Source: an uncultured archaeon
GTDB taxonomy: Archaea > Asgardarchaeota > Lokiarchaeia > Sigyniarchaeales > SOKP01
DNA length: 39,748 bases
Reading direction: 5' to 3'
Assembly: GCA_964388035.1 (NCBI GenBank)
Contig: CAYLZE010000042.1
Span: 1-39,748, forward strand
Shown here: in pieces, positions 18,444 to 28,628 of the stretch
How positions within the stretch are numbered: position 1 is the stretch's first letter
Layout of the letters: each line of letters starts with the position of its first letter
Position numbers and translations under genes: made by a program
The notes under the pieces: model-generated
Told to the model about the DNA's origin: nothing
The model's input: the letters and a program-made list of their open reading frames with translations, nothing else
The model's database searches: none

Positions 18444-19385
18444 GTGTCAAGTACTATGGATAAAAATTATAGATCAAGACTCCAAAATAGAGGCGGAGAG
18501 ATTATAGATGATTGCATCGATGACAAGTGTTGTGACGAGCCTTGCATAGAAAATAAAGATGGGGATATCGTATGCCTGAACTGTGGCACCGTTCACGGAA
18601 GGAGTATTGTAGGCAATGAAAGAAGAGCATTTACTGCTCAAGAAGTAGAAAGTCGAAAGATTACTGAAACACGATGGAGAGAGTTTGGTCCGAGAACTAC
18701 CATTTCTAATGTAAAAACCGATTCTAAAGGACAGTTAATGGACGCAAAAGGAAAGACATTATTCTCTCGATTATCAAAAATTCAGAAATCATTGGTAAAC
18801 AGCATTGAACGAAATTTCTGGGAAGCAAAACCAAAATTAAATCTTTTATGTTCTAAGATGAACATTCCAGAATATATTCGGGAGACAGCTTGGAAGATTT
18901 ACACGGTTTCAGCCAAAAAGAAATTAACGATGGGGCGCTCTATTGATGGATTTATCTGCGCAGCATTATATGCGGCAATAAGAATTCATGAATTTCCAAG
19001 ATTGCTTGAGGAGGTTCACGAGGCATCTATGACGCCGCGCCATACAATCATACGTTCTCTTGGTTTGATTGTTAAGGAAGTGCTTCCTGAATTGAATCTC
19101 AAGTATCATCCTATAACGGCCGAACAACTTATATTTCGATTCGGAAATGAACTCGACTTACCAATGATGACTCAAAAGAAAGCATTGAATTTATTGGATC
19201 ATGCAACCAAGAACGGATTAGTACGAACGGGAAAAGACCCGAAAGGGTTTGCTGCAAGTGTACTATATATTGCTGCAAAAAAAGCCGGATCCCACAAAAC
19301 GCAAGCCGAAGTCAGCAACATAGCAAAAATTACCGAAGTAACTCTTCGAAGCAGAGTAAAGGATATAAAAAAGAGAGTCGCATAA
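18444..19385 (+). CDS. tfb: Transcription initiation factor B (TFB/TFIIB) paralog
   Basis: Zinc ribbon (CC...CLNCG), B-reader ERRAFT, two cyclin repeats (GRSIDGFICAALY; GKDPKGFAASVLY), TQAEVSNIAKITEVTLRSR. The ATG at 18456 may be the true start. Confidence 0.93.
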   Translation: MSSTMDKNYRSRLQNRGGEIIDDCIDDKCCDEPCIENKDGDIVCLNCGTVHGRSIVGNERRAFTAQEVESRKITETRWREFGPRTTISNVKTDSKGQLMDAKGKTLFSRLSKIQKSLVNSIERNFWEAKPKLNLLCSKMNIPEYIRETAWKIYTVSAKKKLTMGRSIDGFICAALYAAIRIHEFPRLLEEVHEASMTPRHTIIRSLGLIVKEVLPELNLKYHPITAEQLIFRFGNELDLPMMTQKKALNLLDHATKNGLVRTGKDPKGFAASVLYIAAKKAGSHKTQAEVSNIAKITEVTLRSRVKDIKKRVA

Positions 19386-19761
19386 TAAAAAAGAAGATTA
19401 CTTAGTGGTATAAAGGAGCTTGATAGAATAATCTTAACTTATTAATAAATGAGACTTTTTTAAAATCTCATCTAACTTCTTTTTATCTTTTTTATAATAT
19501 CTCAATAATTCAATTATCAAAAAGATTAAGCTTATTTGCAGCTTAGGATAATTAATTTTGCTTGCATTAATGATCTTTAATAATTAGCCATTTAAATAGG
19601 GATAATGTCAAACTTAAATAAAAAGAAATAGGAGGATTTGACCAAACATTTCTTTATTATTTCAATTAATCACCATCTCAATCATTATAAAAAGGAAAAT
19701 AAAGGAAAAGTAAAAGAAATTCTTGGATTTTCTAGATTTAATTCAAAGGAACTTCATTGAT

Positions 19762-20004
19762 TCATTTATTTTTTGCTAATTCATTTAAAAAATCTTCTTG
19801 TTTCTCTCGAGGTAAGAAAGCTAATTCTTTTAAGACATTTTTTTTTTCTTCAGGAGATAAGTTCAATTTTAAGAATCTATCACGAATATCACTTGAAAGT
19901 ACCGAGAATTCTCTTGAAAAGTACTTTTTTACAACATCCATCTTTTCAAAATCGTTTAAATTTTCTTTACTAATTATTTTCACCCATGGTTTAATATGAG
20001 TCAA
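19762..20004 (-). CDS. Small hypothetical protein (80 aa)
   Basis: ATG start, charged helical composition (EEKKNVLKELAFLP..KQEDFLNEL), AT-rich flanks. Confidence 0.7.
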   Translation of the reverse strand: MTHIKPWVKIISKENLNDFEKMDVVKKYFSREFSVLSSDIRDRFLKLNLSPEEKKNVLKELAFLPREKQEDFLNELAKNK

Positions 20005-20272
20005 TATATAAAATGTCCATTATCTACTCATAGTTATAATAAGTATAAAAGTATTTATTGAAATAATGCGTTTTATTCTAAATAAAAAATGTGGAGTCCA
20101 ATCCTTACAATTTTAAAATTGGAATGTAATTCGAGACAGTTCATTGTGCATTGAATCAAGATGTATTCTGTATTTATGAATTAATAATATACTTTAATAC
20201 AATTTAAATCGCTTTTGGAAATAATATTTATAGGTAAATGAAGAGGAATATTTCGATTTAATAAGATATTTT

Positions 20273-20642
20273 CTATAATTTCACTTTAATTACATCAATA
20301 ATGAATTCTTTTAGATCTGGTTTGTCTAATTCAAAGATTTGATCTTTCAAATGTTTATGATGCGGGAAAGACTTTATTTCTTTATGATGGGGGGCATTAT
20401 CATATCGTAAAATAGATTTTTTATTTTCTATGTAAGAATAAGAATATTTTAACAAATTACCGGAATAATAAAATTCAACAGATATCTACAAATATTTCTG
20501 AAGTTAAAAACGCTCTTAATCTATAATGACCTGTATCTGGATTATCTTCGGATAATTTAATATTTTTTAATTTTAGATTTTGTGGTTTTAATAAAGCGAG
20601 TTGTTCCGATACTTTTTCAACTCTCTTTAATACGCTTCTCAA
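20273..20642 (-). pseudogene. TumE/DUF6516-like toxin gene, frameshifted
   Basis: TTG at 20642 gives MRSVLKRVEKVSEQ...YRLRAFLTSEIFVDIC then TGA at 20475-20477. A shifted frame continues EFYYSGNLLKYSYSY...ILRYDNAPHHKEIKSFPHHKH. The 370-nt span equals 123 codons + 1. Confidence 0.75.
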
Positions 20643-20883
20643 TCTCTTTCAACTCACTTTCTACTTTTTGTAAACTTTCGGTCAATCCTTCCCATTCTAG
20701 AAATTCTTCTAAGAGAGAATTGTCTTCTGGTTCAGGTATAATGTTTGAGTTCCACTTCTCTAAAAAATCTTTTGATGTAATACCATATTTTGCTTCATAA
20801 GTTTTTAGCTCACTTAATATCCATTCTCTTAACTTTATTTTTTTTTTAATTATTTCCAATTCTTCAATTAAAGTCATTAACAA
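20617..20883 (-). CDS. Putative antitoxin partner of the DUF6516/TumE-like toxin
   Basis: ELKTYEAKYGITSKDFLEKW...FLEWEGL pattern typical of these small partners. Overlaps the toxin start. Confidence 0.7.
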   Translation of the reverse strand: MLMTLIEELEIIKKKIKLREWILSELKTYEAKYGITSKDFLEKWNSNIIPEPEDNSLLEEFLEWEGLTESLQKVESELKEIEKRIKES

Positions 20884-21217
20884 TACTCAAATCTGTTAGT
20901 CATCAATATATTATCTAAATAGTATTTAAAAATTATCTTAATTTTTTTATTATCCAATTTTTTGAATTCTAAGAGAGTTATCATCAAGGAAAGGTGAATT
21001 CTTTCTAATTCTTAAATAAATACAATATAAAAAAGACTAAAAGTTAAAAATATCTCTCTCTATTGTCTTCGATGATTAACATAATCGAAAAATATAACCA
21101 TTTCGTAGATCCAAGGATAATAATTAATGTAAAGATTATTTTTATTTTTCTATTCATAATTGTATTTTTTTAGAAAATGTTTACTTAGATCTTTAGTAGT
21201 ACTTCCTAATGAATGGA

Positions 21218-22495
21218 TTATTTTCTATATCTACCATATTTAAATGCGGCTTCACACATTGCTCTTACATTTTCGGGTTTAGCCTCATCTGGAACGCCGG
21301 CCACAGCATCAATCAAATATCCTCCCCCTTCCATGCATGTTTCAATGCATTTTTTCATGTATTCTTCAACCTGAGTTGGCGAACCTACACTTAATAATGA
21401 AGAGGGCACGTTCCCTCGTAGACATGCATATCCTCCAAACGCATTATTAGCTTTAATAATATCTGACTGTCCTAAACGATAAATCATCCTACCTTTATAC
21501 TGTTTAGCTAAATCTTGAAGAAAAGGATATCTATCCTCCCATTTTCCTTGGAAATGGGGCATGGGGATTAATCCATGTTCAATAATTCCTTCTATCACGC
21601 GTTTAAAGGTGGGCCAATAAAATTCCTCAAATTGCTTTAAGCTCATGAATCCTTCCGCTCCCCTATGGAGGGCAACAAATACCACTTTATATTTTGGGAA
21701 TAGTTTAGCCAAATTCACTGCAATTTCAATGTTTGGCTTAACGAGAAGTTCCATTAACTTCTTTAATTCTTCTGGCTTGCGATACATATCCAACATTGCT
21801 CCTTTCATGCCTCTCAAGAAATCACTAATGCAATCAAAAGGGGCCTGGGTGTAATTGACAGATTGTAGGGGGAATCCCGCTTTCTTAAACTCATTTTCAT
21901 AAGTCCTCATATCTCCCATCCATTTCATGAAAGCTCGAGTAACTTGCTGAAGTGTTTCCATGACTTGAGGAGAAGAAAAAAATAACGGTAAATTAATTGG
22001 TGATATGAATCCATCTGAAAATGAACCCATGTCAGGAAATTCAGAAAAAAAAGATAATTTGGCGAAATGCCTTGGTAATATTTTACGGAGCGAAAATCCG
22101 GTTGGATCTCTAATCATTTCTTCATATTCTTCTGCTTTCATGTATTCTTTCTCGTTAAATTGGAACGTTTTATCATCAGGTAATCTTTGCACCTCATTTT
22201 CTGCTCCGGGCCATTTAAAATAGGTCAATCCTAATGCATCAAAAGTAGGACCGTTTTGTATTTGAGCTATTGAGGGAATTTGATCAATATTTAATTCAGA
22301 ATAAATATCGATGGCCGCTCGGGTTGATTTTAGCAGATCATACATTGCCTCCTTCGAAGTCATTCCCTTTTGAATCATGGGATAAAAATGAAATAAAGGA
22401 GTAAGGGGTACGCGATCAGGTTCCTTTAAAGCAATCGCATCTGCAACCCGTTGATTACGTTCTTTATATAGAAGCGTGGGTTTTTTTTCACTCAT
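21218..22495 (-). CDS. Uroporphyrinogen decarboxylase / MtaA-CmuA-like family protein
   Basis: KEPDRVP, APFDCISDFLRG, FEEFYWPTFKR, CLRGNVP, AKPENVRAM. Confidence 0.88.
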   Translation of the reverse strand: MSEKKPTLLYKERNQRVADAIALKEPDRVPLTPLFHFYPMIQKGMTSKEAMYDLLKSTRAAIDIYSELNIDQIPSIAQIQNGPTFDALGLTYFKWPGAENEVQRLPDDKTFQFNEKEYMKAEEYEEMIRDPTGFSLRKILPRHFAKLSFFSEFPDMGSFSDGFISPINLPLFFSSPQVMETLQQVTRAFMKWMGDMRTYENEFKKAGFPLQSVNYTQAPFDCISDFLRGMKGAMLDMYRKPEELKKLMELLVKPNIEIAVNLAKLFPKYKVVFVALHRGAEGFMSLKQFEEFYWPTFKRVIEGIIEHGLIPMPHFQGKWEDRYPFLQDLAKQYKGRMIYRLGQSDIIKANNAFGGYACLRGNVPSSLLSVGSPTQVEEYMKKCIETCMEGGGYLIDAVAGVPDEAKPENVRAMCEAAFKYGRYRK

Positions 22496-22771
22496 ATTGG
22501 TGAATAAGTATTCTGATATGTATAAAATTAATTATAGTAATAGGAGTGATTAACAATACAAATAATACAAATAATTTTTAATCAATGAATTCATATAATT
22601 TGAAATGATGTATATAAAAATGTGACATGATAATTCATATTTTCATTTAAATTGAGAAACATCGTGATAGGATTGGGTAAAAACGTTCGAATTATCAAAT
22701 ATTTTTGATTCTTAAAAAATAGGTTTAATAAAAATAAAATACTATTGAAAAAAAGAAGAGAGTTAAAGGAA

Positions 22772-23347
22772 ATGGATTTTAAAGAAATTGTGTATAGAAG
22801 AAGAACCATTCGTAGATTCAAGCAAGATCCTATTTCATTAGATATTCTTAAAGAATTAATTGATTTTGCTCGATTAGCACCCGCTGGTATGAATATTCAA
22901 TGCTTGGATTATGTCATCGTGGTGGATGAGAATTTGCGAAGAGAGTTATTCTCGATGGTGAATTTTGCATCCTCCTTGCCAAAAGAACAAAGAGTCCCGG
23001 AAGAGGGCAGAAGACCCACAGCATATATTATTATTTTACATGATACCAATATAAAGAAGACTTTAGTAAATTTTGATGTTGGTGCTTCCGTGGAAAACTT
23101 ATTATTAGGGGCGGTTTATCATGGCGTAGCGTGTTGTTGGATGGCTAATATTGACCGAAATAAAATTAGGGAATTATTAAAAATTCCCGATTCTTACGAG
23201 ATAATGCAAGTTATTAGCATGGGATATCCTGATGAAGAATCCGTGATAGAACCTTACATAACTTCATTTACTTACTGGAAAGATGATAATGGAATCATGC
23301 ATGTTCCCAAAAAAAGTGTAGAGCAATCCATCTATAAAGTTTTTTAA
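22772..23347 (+). CDS. Nitroreductase family protein
   Basis: RRTIRRF, ARLAPAGMNIQ, DVGASVENLLLGA, GYPDE. The ATG at 22772 is preferred over the TTG at 22745. Confidence 0.92.
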   Translation: MDFKEIVYRRRTIRRFKQDPISLDILKELIDFARLAPAGMNIQCLDYVIVVDENLRRELFSMVNFASSLPKEQRVPEEGRRPTAYIIILHDTNIKKTLVNFDVGASVENLLLGAVYHGVACCWMANIDRNKIRELLKIPDSYEIMQVISMGYPDEESVIEPYITSFTYWKDDNGIMHVPKKSVEQSIYKVF

Positions 23348-23365
23348 TTTTTTTAGAACACTATA

Positions 23366-23444
23366 AAATGAGCTCCAATTTACTCCGTAATTAAATCTCA
23401 TTTACTGTTAAGTGAAAATAAACTCCATTTTCCTTTAACGGTAA
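23366..23444. terminator. Tandem stem-loops between convergent genes
   Basis: AAATGAG..CTCATTT (23366-23403) and TTACTGTTAA-GT-GAAAAT..ATTTTC-CT-TTAACGGTAA (23402-23444). Confidence 0.4.
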
Positions 23445-23526
23445 TCCTGACATTATTTATTAGAAGTTATTTCTTTTATCTTAAATTATCTTAATAATAA
23501 GTTTAAATATATTTGATCATCACAAA

Positions 23527-24297
23527 TTATAAAAATTTCTTAATCTCCTTTTTGCGACGCTTTAATGCATTCGAGGAAATAGATAATAAATCAACTATTT
23601 TTGCCTCATTGATGTAAATACCACTTTTATGAGATATAAAATAAATTGCAGCCCCTAAGATACCATATGCATTTTTGCTAGAAAAAGAATAACCTTCCGA
23701 TTCCATTTTGGATAAGAGTTCCCCCGTCTTTTTATAAATTTCAATATCCAAGGAATCTCTAATAACATTCAACATTAATTTGCATTTATCTACCGGAAGC
23801 GGAGTATTAAAGATTTTTATTCCTATTTTAAAATTAAGAAAGGGATCGCTTTTAATAATTTCTTTGACGTAATTATGATAGATTCCCCGCGATGTACCTT
23901 GGAAATTATCAAATAAAAATTGATAGAACTTTTCGTGTAATAGAAACCAATCGAGTAATAATTGATCGGTGTGAATTAGCTTTTTTAAGAGAAAATAAAG
24001 TTTCTTTTTAATTGACATTAGAATCAACACCAAAACTAAATCTCGCGTTCGTTTTCCTGTGGTAAAATATTTTGTTAAGGAAGGTTTTATATCAATGTAT
24101 AAAGAAGTCATAAGAAATATCTTGCTTCTTTCTAATCCAAAATTTGAGGCAAATTCTCGTAGTATTTTTCGAAATACCCATTGGGGTTTATATTCTTTTT
24201 TACTTAGTTCTTGTGATTTGCTCTGATGTCCAATCATCATAATATTGATATAAATTAACCAATACTTAAAAGGGAAGAGAGATACTAGATTTTTCAT
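23527..24297 (-). CDS. Divergent TFIIB/cyclin-repeat-containing protein (no zinc ribbon)
   Basis: C-terminal SKNAYGILGAAIYFISHKSGIYINEAKIVDLLSISSNALKRRKKEI matches the second TFB cyclin repeat and HTH. The true start is probably near 24240. Confidence 0.6.
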   Translation of the reverse strand: MKNLVSLFPFKYWLIYINIMMIGHQSKSQELSKKEYKPQWVFRKILREFASNFGLERSKIFLMTSLYIDIKPSLTKYFTTGKRTRDLVLVLILMSIKKKLYFLLKKLIHTDQLLLDWFLLHEKFYQFLFDNFQGTSRGIYHNYVKEIIKSDPFLNFKIGIKIFNTPLPVDKCKLMLNVIRDSLDIEIYKKTGELLSKMESEGYSFSSKNAYGILGAAIYFISHKSGIYINEAKIVDLLSISSNALKRRKKEIKKFL

Positions 24298-24612
24298 AAA
24301 ACTAATTTAGATTTTTCGTGTAAAAATAAAAATTGATTTCCTTATTCTCCCATTCCTTTTTTAATGATTTCCTCTGGTAAATCCTTTAACTCTCAAAAAG
24401 TTTTAACTGGGTTAATTAATAACTTTATGACATAGAACAAATTATGTAGTATTGAATAATTATTTCTCATAGAATTCATAAAATATTTTATAAACTTTAT
24501 TGCAAATTAACTATTTAAACAAATTGATTCAAAACTGAATTATAAGTTCTTTTTTATCCTTGGTTTTTATTAATATTATAAAACATGAAAGATAAAATCG
24601 CGTCTTAGAATT

Positions 24613-25662
24613 TCAATACATTATTTTGTTTTTCCTTTTATGGAGAATAAAGAAGATTACTATTAAAGTAGCACCTCCTCCTACAAGGGAATATGTACCA
24701 ATAGCTTGTTCATTAGAAATGAAAATACTTTCATTCTCCGTCATGAAAGATGATAAACTTGAATTTTCTCCTGAATTATTATCCGTGCTGTTCGTGCCAG
24801 AAGAATTTCTGCTATCCTCATTACTTTCTGTATCATTTTCTGGCGAGGATACTGTTTCATTTTCATCATATATTTGGGTAATTTGATATTTTTCATCAAT
24901 TCCACTCGCAAGATTAAAAGGTTCCACATCAGTGGATATAGAATAATTTAAAACATATATTCCACCTACAGCAGCTCCAAAAGATATTGAAATTGGTTGA
25001 CCAGCATCGTTAAGCTCGACATTTGATAATAGTAGAAAAAACGTATTATTTGGAGAAGGGGGTTGTATCCAAAAATAAATGGTAGCTAAGATATCCAAAC
25101 TTTCTGGTATTGTAGAAACTCTCTCAAAGATAAAATCATAAAAAAAATTTTTTTTTAGAGAGTAATTATATTGACGACTATAGGAATCATGAACTTTCTC
25201 AATAGTAGATGGTATTACTTTATTAAAATATTCTCCTCCAAACGTGAATTTCCCTGTTTCTTCCACTAAAATATGAATATTCAAATCAAATTGGGAAGAT
25301 ACTTGAACGAATAAATAATGCGTACCGTTTATTGCAGCTACATAAGGGATGTCTTTCGAATATCCTAGCGCATTTTGAGAATTTACATCTATTGTAAAGA
25401 GCTCGTACAAGGCATCATCAGGGTCAAGAATATTTATTGTAATAGAACAGTTATGAGGACTCACAATCTCAAAATGAATATTATATTCTCGTGCATTTTT
25501 TAACTCCAAAGCATGGAATAATTCTTGATATGGTGACTGAAAAGTAAAAACATTATCAATTTGAGGGCCACTATCTGCCCTTGCTTTAGGAATATTGAAG
25601 GAAATGAATAATAACAAGATGATCAAGAAGCTAATTCCCCTAATCTTGAACTTTTTCGGCAT
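24613..25662 (-). CDS. Secreted, C-terminally membrane-anchored cell-surface protein
   Basis: Signal peptide (ARA-D), beta-rich ectodomain, Ser/Asn/Glu-rich linker with many N-x-S/T sequons, C-terminal TM and basic tail. Confidence 0.8.
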   Translation of the reverse strand: MPKKFKIRGISFLIILLLFISFNIPKARADSGPQIDNVFTFQSPYQELFHALELKNAREYNIHFEIVSPHNCSITINILDPDDALYELFTIDVNSQNALGYSKDIPYVAAINGTHYLFVQVSSQFDLNIHILVEETGKFTFGGEYFNKVIPSTIEKVHDSYSRQYNYSLKKNFFYDFIFERVSTIPESLDILATIYFWIQPPSPNNTFFLLLSNVELNDAGQPISISFGAAVGGIYVLNYSISTDVEPFNLASGIDEKYQITQIYDENETVSSPENDTESNEDSRNSSGTNSTDNNSGENSSLSSFMTENESIFISNEQAIGTYSLVGGGATLIVIFFILHKRKNKIMY

Positions 25663-26297
25663 TATTTTGCTTTTTTTAGATTATAAATCTAAAGTAATTG
25701 ATATAACCTTAATTTATAAGTATTTAAAGAAAAACTTGAGAATTAATAATCAATCGTATGATTCTAATCTTACTCAGCTATTATTTTCATTAACTCTGAG
25801 AAGGATGTAACATACAGAGAGTTTTCTCCTTAATATATTGCTCTTTTAATAGTTCATTGTAAAAAGAATATATTAATCTAAAAATACTCTAGAGGTGGAA
25901 TTTCAAGTGTTTCTCATGATCAATTTTGAAATTGTGAAAAAAATGTTGTGGGATCGAATTAAGAATAAAAAAGCAAAAAATTAGATTTTTAAATCTAATA
26001 GATTATCTAAATCTCATTTGCTCTGAAAAATCTAAAATGGATAGGCTAATCAAAAACTCCAGTATTTTAAGAATCTCCCTTCATCTTTAATTAAGTATAT
26101 ACCAACTACAATTTATCAAGAATTCTTTTAATTTCTTTTTAAAATATATTAAAAACTCGCACACTATTTCCCTTAAATAATAATCAAAATAAATATAGAG
26201 TTATATTTAATAAAAATTCGGCAACAAATTATAATAATATACGATTTGTATTTCTAAATCTAATTATAGCATGAATTCCAAATGAGGGAAAATTAAT

Positions 26298-26471
26298 ATG
26301 AGTGGAATTGACAAAGAGATTGAAAATGCCATAATATCCTGCCCTTTTCAAGAAGGATGTAAATTACCTGTGAATCAAATTTCATGTATAACACCTACTT
26401 GTAAATTATGTCCGGAATACCAAATGAAAAGAAAACGTATAATTAGGGATTTTTTATTAAAGAGAATTTAG
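26298..26471 (+). CDS. Small Cys-rich protein (57 aa), missing from the ORF track
   Basis: MSGIDKEIENAIISCPFQEGCKLPVNQISCITPTCKLCPEYQMKRKRIIRDFLLKRI. GAGGGA lies 8 nt upstream of the ATG. Locally higher GC than the flanks. Confidence 0.65.
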   Translation: MSGIDKEIENAIISCPFQEGCKLPVNQISCITPTCKLCPEYQMKRKRIIRDFLLKRI

Positions 26472-26624
26472 TGCTTTTTATTTTAAATTAATATAAAAAA
26501 ATACATCATTTTAATTTGATAAAAGAATCTTAAGATCTTTTACTATTTGTGGAAATTATTATACCAATTTTAAGAATGAAAGAATCGATCTTTTCTCGAT
26601 AAAATGCAATTATTTGATTGAATT

Positions 26625-27866
26625 CTATATACAGGGCGGTCCTTTTCCTGTATCCAAATTATCTTCCATATAAATATGAGATATATAAACATCCATTATT
26701 AATACTGATCCTATCGGCTTCATATCTGAGAGTCGTTTATTTTTTTTAATTATAAGGAAAACAGGTTCATCATCATTATCATTTGAAAGGTTAAGGTAAT
26801 GTAATTCATCAGAATTATTTGAATTGAAAATATCCTCGATCTTTTTAAATTTAATTTGAATGACATTTTCTTTTTCCTGAATTGAAGGTGAATCTTCATT
26901 TTCTTCTTCTGTAGGAGATAAGATTCCCATTTTTTGCATAACTTTTTTTAATAAATTAGCTGAACGAATAAGACTTGTAAATCCAGAGATGTTTAATCTA
27001 TCGAAAATATTTGTTTTGATTTGTGATTGAATCGTGCTCATGCGTATGTGTAGTTTATCGCAAATATTTTTTACTTTGATCCGATCGTTATAGCAACAAA
27101 GGGCCGAAATTGAACATGCTACTCCTGCAACCACGTCATCCTTTGTATTTTTTACCATTTCCCATAATTTGTTCATGATTGCTTTTGACTGATAATAAAA
27201 GTCCATTTCCATGTGAAATTGCTCTGTAATTTCGAGAATTTTTTGGGCAATGTATTCTTGTCGATTTCTTGAGGAATACTGAGGGATATAATGTTGTATT
27301 TGTTTTAGGAAAGATAAAAATTCATTTTTTGTAATTTTTGATACCTCTAATAGTTCTTTATAATTGATAGAGAAGCCATGAGTCTTACAATAAACATATA
27401 GGGTAATCGGAACTAATTTTTCCATGTTACGGAATTTAGTCCCCTTTTCTAATTTATTTCTAATTCTAATGGTATTTTCAAAAAGTATTTTTTTTGCTTT
27501 TAATGAGAATTTTAATTTCAAGGCTTCGATAATCCGGTTAATCTCTTTCTTAGCTTCTTCGAAAGAACGCTCTTCATTTTCCTTCAATGAATTGAGCTTA
27601 TTAAGTCTATTAAAATAGAGACCCTGAGGAGAGCGCATTCTTTCTCGTTTAAATCCGATTTGTGTGTTTCTCAAAGGAGCAATTTGAAGCTTATTTTCAT
27701 CATATGGAAAATGATATTTTAAGCGTTGCATTTCTAAAACGATACCACAATCCTGGCAAGTATATCCTTCATTAGTTTCAATTATATTTTCAGAGCCACA
27801 CATATCGCAGGACAGGATCACACCTGTATTGATTGATTGGGGCCTATCTTTATTCTTTATTGCCAT
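26625..27866 (-). CDS. Divergent TFB-like protein (zinc ribbon + cyclin-like repeats + C-terminal extension)
   Basis: CDMCGS..IIETNEGYTCQDCG zinc ribbon, EINRIIEALKL, LVPITLYVYCK, VVAGVACSIS..VKNICDKLHIRMSTI HTH. Confidence 0.75.
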   Translation of the reverse strand: MAIKNKDRPQSINTGVILSCDMCGSENIIETNEGYTCQDCGIVLEMQRLKYHFPYDENKLQIAPLRNTQIGFKRERMRSPQGLYFNRLNKLNSLKENEERSFEEAKKEINRIIEALKLKFSLKAKKILFENTIRIRNKLEKGTKFRNMEKLVPITLYVYCKTHGFSINYKELLEVSKITKNEFLSFLKQIQHYIPQYSSRNRQEYIAQKILEITEQFHMEMDFYYQSKAIMNKLWEMVKNTKDDVVAGVACSISALCCYNDRIKVKNICDKLHIRMSTIQSQIKTNIFDRLNISGFTSLIRSANLLKKVMQKMGILSPTEEENEDSPSIQEKENVIQIKFKKIEDIFNSNNSDELHYLNLSNDNDDEPVFLIIKKNKRLSDMKPIGSVLIMDVYISHIYMEDNLDTGKGPPCI

Positions 27867-28274
27867 TTTTTATTTCTCTTTTTCTTTTTTCTTAATTTGA
27901 ATTTATTAATCCTGTTTCAAAATCAAGCTAGCAACTAACTCGATTTATCATGAATGCAAGTCTTAACGTTAGAATTAAGTTAAAGACTTCGCGATTAATA
28001 TCCCTACTATTTCCTAATATGTTGAAATTAATTCAACACAATTTGTAATTTCAAGTCGTATTTAAAAATGAAGTATGTGCTGGTTTTCCAATTTGTCATT
28101 TTTGTCAATCCATTTAAATTAAAATAGTTGAATATCTAAATGTTTCAATTATTAATTTTTTATTAAATAGTTTCGTACAAAAGATAGATCATGAATGATT
28201 TGATCTAAAAACTAAATTCATTTAAAACCCAATAAATAATACAACAATGAAAAAATGAGATATTTAATAGGATT

Positions 28275-28628
28275 ATGAGCAAAATTTTATGTTATTTCAT
28301 TTTATTTATAGCATTTTTATTATCATATCAAAAAAATCCAATTGCTGTTTTAATAATAGTTGGAAGCGTATTAGGGTTATATGCTTTTTTCAAGATCAAA
28401 CGAAGACAAAAGTCAGGATTTTTAGGAATTAAGCGAAAAGGCAATGATGATGATTCCCAATCCTTTAATAATTTAATGATGGTTTTTATGGCTCTCCAAG
28501 CTTTTGGTGATCATAAATCTATTGATAATCCATCTATTCTTGGAAAATATCCTGAAGAACGCAAAAATCATAATGCGGATGATATAGAACAAATCAAGCA
28601 GAAGGTTTTAGCAATGTTAGGAAATTAA
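28275..28628 (+). CDS. Small membrane protein (N-terminal TM hairpin)
   Basis: Two N-terminal hydrophobic helices followed by a basic stretch. Confidence 0.7.
   Translation: MSKILCYFILFIAFLLSYQKNPIAVLIIVGSVLGLYAFFKIKRRQKSGFLGIKRKGNDDDSQSFNNLMMVFMALQAFGDHKSIDNPSILGKYPEERKNHNADDIEQIKQKVLAMLGN

Noticed and set aside
20475-20480. TGT-TGA (Cys-Sec-like) in the toxin ORF, suggesting a selenoprotein
   Set aside because: Read-through meets TAA after five more codons, and the conserved C-terminal motif is in another frame, so a frameshift explains it. No SECIS-like element was recognised.
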